Source: a virus
Taxonomy: Duplodnaviria; Caudoviricetes
Direction: 5' to 3' (one strand)
DNA length: 64,000 bases
IMG/VR virus record: IMGVR_UViG_3300013121_000032
Coordinates: 1 to 64,000 of that record
Shown: one piece after another, positions 37,192 to 44,750 of the stretch
Numbering within the stretch: position 1 is the first letter of the stretch
Layout: each line of letters starts with the position of its first letter
Notes under the pieces: model-generated
Told to the model about the DNA's origin: nothing
Databases searched by the model: none
What the model saw: the letters and a program-made list of their open reading frames with translations, nothing else
Position numbers and translations under genes: made by a program

Positions 37192-37610
37192 GAATTTACA
37201 CCAGCAGAGGCTAATTTATCCCTTACAAGTTGAGCAAGTTCTTCATCCCCTTGAGCATAAGGAACAGCCATACCAGAAGATCCTCCACCAGCAAATCTTT
37301 GGAAACCCTTAACTTGAGGATAGGGATATTCTTTAAGAATATCGTTAATTTTAGTCCATACTTGTGGATCTCTAGTATCAATCATACCTGGATGTTTAGC
37401 CAAAGATTTCAAATAAAAAATAAGAGTCCTAACATCTGGACATCTATAGCCTACTACAAGATCACTATCCTTCATTTCTTTAGCAATTACTTTAGGATCT
37501 CTACCAGTAACGGCTGCAAGGGTATGAAGGGAAGTTCTACGTGGACGATGGATCTTAGGGCACATTGTTTCCATAACAAGTTGCCAATCATATTTCTTAT
37601 TATTAGGCAT
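37164..37610 (-). CDS. Hypothetical protein, possible HTH
   Basis: SLHTLAAVTGRDPKVIAK. Confidence 0.55.
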   Translation of the reverse strand: MPNNKKYDWQLVMETMCPKIHRPRRTSLHTLAAVTGRDPKVIAKEMKDSDLVVGYRCPDVRTLIFYLKSLAKHPGMIDTRDPQVWTKINDILKEYPYPQVKGFQRFAGGGSSGMAVPYAQGDEELAQLVRDKLASAGVNSCFVHGCMD

Positions 37611-37803
37611 TAGTCATATTCTCCATATATTCTGAACGAGTTAATCCGATAGGTTTAAGAACGGATTTAGGATAAACAAACAAACCTTCCCTATTTAAAA
37701 GGGCAATCTTAAATGTAGTTAGAGAAATTACTTCCTTTATATATCCAGTATCATCATCAAATCCTGGCGTATGTATTAGTACTACATCATCAACTTTTAA
37801 CAT
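37603..37803 (-). CDS. Small KOW/SH3-like protein
   Basis: LKVDDVVLI...TGYIKEV. Confidence 0.55.
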   Translation of the reverse strand: MLKVDDVVLIHTPGFDDDTGYIKEVISLTTFKIALLNREGLFVYPKSVLKPIGLTRSEYMENMTNA

Positions 37804-37838
37804 AGAACCTTTCCTCTAAGGAAATACTAACCCATTAA

Positions 37839-38111
37839 CTATTTTTCGTCAATTGAAAATAAAAATTTAACATCAACTCCTTGATAGGATTGATAGGAAA
37901 AACCATTTTCTATCATCTTATAGACAGCTTTAAAAACATATAGACGTTGAGGAAAAAATCTCATTATTAATTTAGCCTCATCTATACAATCTTGAAGATT
38001 ATCAAAAACGAATACAGATTTTACTCTCCTTGGCGACCTTATCTCATTTAATGCTGTTGTTATAGCATCATTCTTTATTGATGTGCGTTGGAGTATATAT
38101 TTTGAAACCAT
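37839..38111 (-). CDS. Hypothetical protein
   Basis: 90 aa ORF. Confidence 0.55.
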   Translation of the reverse strand: MVSKYILQRTSIKNDAITTALNEIRSPRRVKSVFVFDNLQDCIDEAKLIMRFFPQRLYVFKAVYKMIENGFSYQSYQGVDVKFLFSIDEK

Positions 38112-38158
38112 AGATATACTTGTAACAGATTAGATTTCATTGTGTCAAGGAGTTATTA

Positions 38159-38581
38159 ATGAAACTACTTAAAAATGTTGAAGTTCCTAAGGTAGAGGGG
38201 TACTGGATTATCCATACTGGTAGACCCTTTTATAAGCTATTTGATATGACCAAGGATCGGGATACTGCGCTTTTGCTTAAAGCAAGAGAAAAAGGTGAAG
38301 AGCAGGAGCATCCATTGGCTAAACCTTTTAGAGTTAAAGATTTTCCGGCTGAGAATATTTCTTATTCTCCCAAAAGAGTTCAAGATTGTCTATATGCTGA
38401 AGCAGATGAATTTGGAGATTTCCATACAACTGATCCAATGCAAGCTAGAACAATCTGGGAAGCTATTAAAAATGATCCTCCAGTAGATACAAAGGATGGA
38501 AGAAAAGGGGTTACACCTTATTTGGATCAAATTTGTCATCCAATTCCTGAATTTAAGGACTTGACAAAGCCTACAAAATAG
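38159..38581 (+). CDS. Hypothetical protein
   Basis: AAGGAG SD; 140 aa. Confidence 0.7.
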   Translation: MKLLKNVEVPKVEGYWIIHTGRPFYKLFDMTKDRDTALLLKAREKGEEQEHPLAKPFRVKDFPAENISYSPKRVQDCLYAEADEFGDFHTTDPMQARTIWEAIKNDPPVDTKDGRKGVTPYLDQICHPIPEFKDLTKPTK

Positions 38582-38616
38582 GTCTATTATTTAAATTCCA
38601 TAAGGTTCCAGTGAGT

Positions 38617-38645
38617 GTAAAGAGGAATGATTTATTCCTCTTTAC
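38617..38645. terminator. Perfect hairpin / possible terminator
   Basis: GTAAAGAGGAAT-GATTT-ATTCCTCTTTAC. Confidence 0.6.
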
Positions 38646-38655
38646 TGTATTATAA

Positions 38656-38868
38656 ATGAAGAAAGATTATTTTATTTTTTGTGATAGAAAACGTCCATCA
38701 GGTAGTACATCCTATCTATTTAACTCATTTTACTCATTTTACTCTTTGGATGAGGCAGTTAAACATTGTAAACGACAAATTGGGTTTTATAAGTCTTTAA
38801 CATCTACAGATGTTATATGTATTTTTAAATATTCTGATTCAAAATATATTTTTATAATTAATATATAA
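38656..38868 (+). CDS. Hypothetical protein
   Basis: 70 aa AT-rich ORF. Confidence 0.5.
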   Translation: MKKDYFIFCDRKRPSGSTSYLFNSFYSFYSLDEAVKHCKRQIGFYKSLTSTDVICIFKYSDSKYIFIINI

Positions 38869-38928
38869 AAATCAAAGACCGCTGTTAGAGCAGCGGTCCA
38901 AGATTTCAACCCGCAAGAGCGGAATTGA
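38866..38928 (-). terminator. Double hairpin terminator after major capsid gene
   Basis: TCAA.CCGC/GCGG..TTGA, then GACCGCTG/CAGCGGTC followed by TTTGATTTTT. Confidence 0.8.
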
Positions 38929-38944
38929 GGCCAACATGCTAAAT

Positions 38945-40069
38945 TTATGAAGCCAAGTTAGTGATAGAAACACGGCTGACTTGCAAAGGATCGTCAAGCG
39001 TGAAGATATCAAATACACAAAGCAGTTCATAAAGGGTAGGTTCAGGTCTTGCCAGAACAAACGGGCCAGTCTGACCATCCATTTTGAAACGGGCCATTCT
39101 CGGAATTTCACCACAGAAGATGAGAGCCGAGTTAGCAGGCATTTGTGTATCATATACACACGGAATAACTCCGCCTGGATATGCAACATAGGCTACTTCT
39201 GTTGCTACAGAGTAATTAACCAATTGATTACGGAAGTTCTGACCCAAGGATTGCATCCAAGTTGCAGAATTTTCACCAGGGAAACGGTTAATCATAAGAT
39301 CCCGTACTACTGGCAATTGACCAACTGTAGTCCACAGAAGGAATTGGTGCCCACCATAACCCAATTGCAGAGCAATAGTATTAACTGCATTTTGGATTAA
39401 AGTATTAGTAAGGTTTGAACCACCAGCATTAACACTATTAAGTGTTGAACGGGTAATAAAACCGCCAAGTTGAGGAACGTTACCAACTACTTCCGAAATT
39501 TGTTCGGTATTAGAAAGCAACATATTGCTCATCGTTCTACGGATTCTAACGATTTCATCATCAATCTGATCTTGAAGAACGTTGACATCGCTTTGTTGTT
39601 CAGCTATGCTGGAGAGCATAAACGAAATTTTCAGGGTATCACCAACCGTGGTCAACGTGTTATAACGTTGGTTATAAGCACTTTGAACGTTAGCTGGAAG
39701 AGCGCCATCAATATTGAACTTAGAAGCGGTATCCGTAACGATATCTCTTTCTTTAATTCTGAATTGATAGTCAGTAATAGAAGGAAAATCGCCTTTTGAT
39801 TCCAACCAGTTCAGGAATTTAGTTTCATCATTCCTACGAACTGCTACACGATCAGACAAGCTGACCAAGCGCAGAGCAGAAATATCTACTGTACCCAAGC
39901 TCTTCAGTTGTGGGAGCATAGTGCTCTTAATAACTTCATTAGCTTTTGCATAGCCACCAAACTGTTCGGCAAGAGCTTGCATAACAGGCTTGGAAGCTAG
40001 CTTATGTTGACTGGATTGGCTCTTGTTGGAAAGAACCTCAGTCATTCTTTCGGTAAACATAGGTTCCAT
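38945..40069 (-). CDS. Major capsid protein (HK97 fold)
   Basis: Follows protease/scaffold; 374 aa; visibly more GC-rich codons than its neighbours; strong terminator. Confidence 0.85.
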   Translation of the reverse strand: MEPMFTERMTEVLSNKSQSSQHKLASKPVMQALAEQFGGYAKANEVIKSTMLPQLKSLGTVDISALRLVSLSDRVAVRRNDETKFLNWLESKGDFPSITDYQFRIKERDIVTDTASKFNIDGALPANVQSAYNQRYNTLTTVGDTLKISFMLSSIAEQQSDVNVLQDQIDDEIVRIRRTMSNMLLSNTEQISEVVGNVPQLGGFITRSTLNSVNAGGSNLTNTLIQNAVNTIALQLGYGGHQFLLWTTVGQLPVVRDLMINRFPGENSATWMQSLGQNFRNQLVNYSVATEVAYVAYPGGVIPCVYDTQMPANSALIFCGEIPRMARFKMDGQTGPFVLARPEPTLYELLCVFDIFTLDDPLQVSRVSITNLAS

Positions 40070-40071
40070 TG

Positions 40072-40452
40072 TTATTGATTCTCCTTGTTATACAGAATGG
40101 ACGCTAGATCCGCTGCCAATCCTTTAGGGGCAGCATCAGGGTTAGAGGTAATACTTGAAGCAAGGACACGTCTTGCAATTTCTTCATTAGAAACTTCAGC
40201 AGCTTTAGCCATAGCTTCAGCTTGAGCCTTACCAGTTTCTTTGATCTCTTCAATAGCTTTGGTATTAGCTTCTATAGTAGAATTAATCTTTTCAAGCATT
40301 GAAGTCAATTTAGCAACAACTTCCATCAATTCATCATTAACAGGATTAGTAATGGGTTCAGTAGGCTGTTCTTCTGTTTTGGTTACAGGAGTTTCAGAAA
40401 CTACTTCAGTAGGAGCTTCATTAGCTACTTCTTGATTCACTTGTTCGGTCAC
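40072..40452 (-). CDS. Nested in-frame scaffolding protein
   Basis: GGTAAAATT box (40486-40494), AAGGAG SD and in-frame GTG at 40452. Confidence 0.6.
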   Translation of the reverse strand: MTEQVNQEVANEAPTEVVSETPVTKTEEQPTEPITNPVNDELMEVVAKLTSMLEKINSTIEANTKAIEEIKETGKAQAEAMAKAAEVSNEEIARRVLASSITSNPDAAPKGLAADLASILYNKENQ

Positions 40453-41334
40453 GAGATGATCTCCTTGATTTTGTTTCTCTTCTAAAATTTTACCATTGGC
40501 TATAGTAGATTCATCGTTTTCTAATATAGGCGTAAAAGAATTCCTTCTAATACCTGCTGCTGGTTGCATAGGAACAGCTACTAGTGAGATTTCAAAATAA
40601 TCCTTGACACCTGCAATCTTAGCTGTTACTGTGTTTCCAAGTTCATCTTTCATTCCTGGAGTATGTACACATTTAATTGAATACATAGAATGATTACAGG
40701 AATCACAAACATAATCCATAGGATCAAGAGCAAATCCTACAGATACCTTATTATAGATTCCACCTAAAATACTTTTAATAGTGTGCTGGTTTTCAGGAAG
40801 GTTCAACATATAAACTTTCTGATTAAGAAAATTTCCTTTAGCAGAAGCATCATATATTTTTCCTAATGTAGTTGATGTAGACCAATTATGATCCATTAAA
40901 AATGGTTTATCTATAGACATTTCTGCCATTTGCTTAATAGCTTTAGGAAGGAAATGCTCATAACCGCGATCAACATTTGTATCAGCAGATTTTAGAGAGA
41001 AGACATAAACATCTTCTTTAGACAGATCAATATTAGAAAGCTGATTAATTTTTGCCATATCTTCATCAGAAGGAAGATAATCAGATTCTTTAGAAGGTTT
41101 TTTACCTTTAGTTTGAATTTCCTCAAGAACATTAGGAGTTTCAAAACCAGCTAAAAGGGAATGCATTTTAATCATTCCATCTTTAGTAGGACTAGGAAGA
41201 CCTTTAGTTTTTGCAATTTCTTCAATGCTAATAGTAGACTCAGCTTCTAAAGCATCAATTTCTTCTTGAACTGATTTAAGCATTTCTTCAATTTCTTGCA
41301 ATTCAAAAAGTTTCTTAGCTAATTCTTCTTTCAC
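40072..41334 (-). CDS. Prohead protease fused to scaffolding domain
   Basis: VDRGYEHF, FLMDHNW, VSVGF, CDSC..C.H insert, FEISLVAVPMQPAAGI; acidic coiled C-terminus. Confidence 0.88.
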   Translation of the reverse strand: MKEELAKKLFELQEIEEMLKSVQEEIDALEAESTISIEEIAKTKGLPSPTKDGMIKMHSLLAGFETPNVLEEIQTKGKKPSKESDYLPSDEDMAKINQLSNIDLSKEDVYVFSLKSADTNVDRGYEHFLPKAIKQMAEMSIDKPFLMDHNWSTSTTLGKIYDASAKGNFLNQKVYMLNLPENQHTIKSILGGIYNKVSVGFALDPMDYVCDSCNHSMYSIKCVHTPGMKDELGNTVTAKIAGVKDYFEISLVAVPMQPAAGIRRNSFTPILENDESTIANGKILEEKQNQGDHLVTEQVNQEVANEAPTEVVSETPVTKTEEQPTEPITNPVNDELMEVVAKLTSMLEKINSTIEANTKAIEEIKETGKAQAEAMAKAAEVSNEEIARRVLASSITSNPDAAPKGLAADLASILYNKENQ

Positions 41335-41375
41335 AGATTAAATCCTCTTAATAAAAGCTATTAGAATTTTATCTG

Positions 41376-41762
41376 TTACCATTTAGAAACAGCTAAGGAA
41401 TAAATATAAGCTTTCCAAGATTCAGGAAGTTCATCTTCTCCAAGACTTAAAACAGCAGAATTAGCTATATTATCTGGATCAATCTCAGGAGGAATTTGAA
41501 TACAAACTCTTTTATAGGTGTTAGGAAGCAGAGGTTTTCCTTTAGAGTCAACTGGATAAAAATCCACGGTAACATACCCATCAAGAGGATGGGTATGTAC
41601 CAGAGCAATTTTAGTATTAGTTTGAGGGGGAACAGCCGGTGGACTAGATGCTAAATGAAGCATAAGTTTTTCCGGTGTTCTTTTCTTATATTTATATAAA
41701 AGAAAAGAAACTACGCCAAGATTTAATGTAGTATTTAAGATAGATAAGAAATCTATTTGCAT
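41376..41762 (-). CDS. Membrane-anchored paralog (GxxTV...DxxG family)
   Basis: N-terminal hydrophobic helix; GYVTVDFYPVDSKGKPL...QIP. Confidence 0.6.
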   Translation of the reverse strand: MQIDFLSILNTTLNLGVVSFLLYKYKKRTPEKLMLHLASSPPAVPPQTNTKIALVHTHPLDGYVTVDFYPVDSKGKPLLPNTYKRVCIQIPPEIDPDNIANSAVLSLGEDELPESWKAYIYSLAVSKW

Positions 41763-41811
41763 ACTGAAATAATATCAAGATTAAAAATATTTTAATCGGA
41801 TGGTGTTTAAT

Positions 41812-42120
41812 TCAAACAATAGGAAGCGATGAAGAAGCTTCAGCAGTATTTAAAAGAAATGTATGGAAGCTATCAACAGTTTCTTGATCTGCTGTACCCA
41901 ATACAACTGCTTGAAAATCTGCCAACTTTTCTTGAGGTATTTGTGTAGAAAATGTAGGTTGAGATTCAGTTAAAATATTACCATTAGGGTCCAAAAGATC
42001 ACAAACTACAGTAGCCCAACCGGTAATGATTTGATCTACTGAATGAATTTGAGCCTTGACTGCATAATCAATATGATCAATAATAGGAAAACTTGCGAAA
42101 ACGTCTCTAGATACTGCCAT
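41812..42120 (-). CDS. GxxTV...DxxG family paralog
   Basis: Start MAVSRD with GGGG SD and GATAAAATT box; GWATVVCDLLDPNGNIL...QIP. Confidence 0.6.
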   Translation of the reverse strand: MAVSRDVFASFPIIDHIDYAVKAQIHSVDQIITGWATVVCDLLDPNGNILTESQPTFSTQIPQEKLADFQAVVLGTADQETVDSFHTFLLNTAEASSSLPIV

Positions 42121-42154
42121 TTTAAAATCCCCATAAGAACCAGCTAATAGAATT

Positions 42155-42472
42155 TTATCGGGGGATAGAGGATAACCCTTCTGGTGACAGGAATAAATTC
42201 TCATCTAGAACGTTTTTTTGGGCTTCTGTAATAGTACCAGCAACAGCACGTCTAAATAAAAGCGCTATATTACTAAGGACTGTAGTAGTAAACCACATAT
42301 CATTTTTAAGATTATTATCATTACTATCAAAAAAAGAATATCTAACTGTAGCCTTTCCTACTTCATATTCTTGATATTCTGCAATAATACAGTAGGAAGC
42401 CTGTATTTCTGGTAAAGGGTTTCCAAATTCATCTAATGGAATTATTAAAGCAGTAGTTGGTTGTTTAAACAT
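42155..42472 (-). CDS. GxxTV...DxxG family paralog
   Basis: GKATVRYSFFDSNDNNL. Confidence 0.6.
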   Translation of the reverse strand: MFKQPTTALIIPLDEFGNPLPEIQASYCIIAEYQEYEVGKATVRYSFFDSNDNNLKNDMWFTTTVLSNIALLFRRAVAGTITEAQKNVLDENLFLSPEGLSSIPR

Positions 42473-42653
42473 TTATAATTAATAACTTAGCCTTTTGTGG
42501 GGGCATTTGATGAAAAGTAATAGGAATACCCAGGTAATGATAATTACCTGTTTTTAAATTAATCCTATAGCCTCTAACAGCAGCAGTTAGTAATGGTAAT
42601 CCTAAATAATGGAAGTTTCCAGAGGTTAATCTGTTAGTATAAATTATTGCCAT
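42465..42653 (-). CDS. Small protein with duplicated GN(F/Y)HYLG(L/I)P motif
   Basis: Direct internal repeat. Confidence 0.6.
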   Translation of the reverse strand: MAIIYTNRLTSGNFHYLGLPLLTAAVRGYRINLKTGNYHYLGIPITFHQMPPQKAKLLIINV

Positions 42654-44747
42654 TTATTGTACCAAAGCATCTAGCCAAGTCCACCAAGTATTATTTGTAG
42701 TTCCACCATAACATTCAAAGTATACCCTAATAGCTTGATATATAGCTGTACTATTTGTATATGTTATGGTTAAAGTTTCCCAGGTATTAGCAGAGGCGGC
42801 AGCGGTAGCTGTGATATCTGAAGTAAGTCCGGGAGTCTCATTAGCCCTAATTTTAATTAGGGTGGTTATACCTGTATTATCCCTTCTAACTCTAGCTAAA
42901 AAGGTAAGAGTTTTTCCTGCTTCTACTATTATAGCTCCCCGCCCTGTTAGACATTCATCTAACGGATAATCGGCAGTTCTAATAGTTGAAGTAGGAGAAA
43001 ATTTTCTTCCATGATTAGAAGGCGCTTCAAAAGTAGTAGAATCGTCCTGAATAGTTCCACCATCGGTTCTAGCTATATTAGTTCCAGATACTCCACCTTC
43101 ATAAAATGAGTTAACCCTAGAATTTCTATAGTTAGTAAAGGTTACTTTTGTAGCTTCTGATATAGAGGCATTATATAAATAACAAGGAGCATTATTAGTT
43201 CCTGATTGAATCAGTGCTGCTGTTGTATTATTTGCTGTTACTAAATTAAGTATTTCGTCGGCTGATATTGAGACTCCTTGAGCACCATTCTTCTTTGCTA
43301 CAACACTGGATAATCGTGCATTACCAGCATATAACCCAACACCTCCATTATTTGAGCACTCAACTGTAGTATTGGGATATTGATTAGTATTAGTATGGCA
43401 CTGAATACCGTTTGTAGTATTAGACAACGCTCTAACATTACCTAGTACCATGTTAGGATTGGCGCTACCTGAACCTGAAGAGGTTATTCCCGATTGGGTA
43501 TTGCTGACTATAAACACGGGTTCTATAGTCCCGACTCTTAGGGTATCAATGGCATTAGTCTGCTGGCCAATTCCAGTAGCCCCACCAATAATATGGCACC
43601 CCTCTATATTAAAGTAGGCATTAGATGCACCTACTTGCCCATGGCCTAAATTTCCAAATCTAACACAGGAGAATCCCTTATATATGATATTCCTAATACT
43701 AGCTGAGGTTAATCCCCAAGGAATGCCACTTCCCAAGCAATCAATCAAAGTGTCATCTCCACTATTTCTAGTAGACATATTAGTTCTATCCCATCCCCCA
43801 GATAGGGTTATGGCAGCTCCAGTAACAGCTCCTGTAGTAACGTTCAAGTTGTATACTACTGTATTGGTTGTGGCTGGAATAGTGGATTGAACAAAAGGCT
43901 CTTTCTTATATATAGCGCAGGTTTCCGTAGTACCGGAATATCCTCTTCCAGATCCTTGGGCTGATGCTACGTTTTGATCTAAAACTATAGTAGTTCCGTT
44001 TATGGATTTAATATTCCACCAACTGTAATCTGTAATATTATTACCACCAGTACCCGAACCATTTTTGCCTATCACAGAAGTTAGAGTTAATGAGTCAGCA
44101 GAGGAGGTAGCTTTACATGCGATAATATCATCTATAAGAATAGTTACTGTTCCTGGATCACTCAGGCAGTTCAAGGCTACGGATTTAATAGAACTTCCTA
44201 AGTTGCTTCCAGCATTAATAGTAATAGGTGCCCAGGCCCCTGATAATAAATTAACAGGAATAGTAAAACTATTTACAGGTGTCGCTCCCGCTACATCAGA
44301 GCACAAATCTATTCTCAATACATTAGCTGCCACAGCAGCATTGGGTTGAATCCAAAAACTAATTTGCTGATATCCAGATAGGTCCAGTGTTCCTGTAGCA
44401 TAGTACGCAGCTAATCCTGTAGTAAAAGCAGCAGCAATGGCTATAGAAGAACTATTAGACCCTTCTTTTCTTGTAGTTGAGGTAGTGCAAACTACGTTTG
44501 CAGATGCAGTAGTCCAAGCCCCATCTAAATAAATATTTTGAGTAACGGCTGATGTAAGGGTTACTGTTATAGATCCGTCAGTAAAAGTAGCATTTTGAGA
44601 TAGAGGAGTAGCTGTTGGAGTCCCTTTAAACCTAACTTCATCTCCAGCAGCCAAAGTAAATCCAGTAAAACTGCCTTTTCTATTAGCGAAAGAAGATCCA
44701 TCAGCCGTTCCAGCTCCACCCTCTAAATCTACATAATAGGTTGTCAT
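42654..44747 (-). CDS. Virion fibre/spike with carbohydrate-binding-like and parallel beta-helix domains
   Basis: TYYVD..GG...DGSSFA N-terminus, LDLSGYQQISFW, N..GI beta-helix repeats, ANTWETLTITYT. Confidence 0.7.
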   Translation of the reverse strand: MTTYYVDLEGGAGTADGSSFANRKGSFTGFTLAAGDEVRFKGTPTATPLSQNATFTDGSITVTLTSAVTQNIYLDGAWTTASANVVCTTSTTRKEGSNSSSIAIAAAFTTGLAAYYATGTLDLSGYQQISFWIQPNAAVAANVLRIDLCSDVAGATPVNSFTIPVNLLSGAWAPITINAGSNLGSSIKSVALNCLSDPGTVTILIDDIIACKATSSADSLTLTSVIGKNGSGTGGNNITDYSWWNIKSINGTTIVLDQNVASAQGSGRGYSGTTETCAIYKKEPFVQSTIPATTNTVVYNLNVTTGAVTGAAITLSGGWDRTNMSTRNSGDDTLIDCLGSGIPWGLTSASIRNIIYKGFSCVRFGNLGHGQVGASNAYFNIEGCHIIGGATGIGQQTNAIDTLRVGTIEPVFIVSNTQSGITSSGSGSANPNMVLGNVRALSNTTNGIQCHTNTNQYPNTTVECSNNGGVGLYAGNARLSSVVAKKNGAQGVSISADEILNLVTANNTTAALIQSGTNNAPCYLYNASISEATKVTFTNYRNSRVNSFYEGGVSGTNIARTDGGTIQDDSTTFEAPSNHGRKFSPTSTIRTADYPLDECLTGRGAIIVEAGKTLTFLARVRRDNTGITTLIKIRANETPGLTSDITATAAASANTWETLTITYTNSTAIYQAIRVYFECYGGTTNNTWWTWLDALVQ

Positions 44748-44750
44748 ATT

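Noticed and set aside
37839-38868. Possible paralogy of 37839..38111 and 38656..38868 (FDNLQDCI vs FYSLDEAV)
   Set aside because: Similarity too short to support by eye
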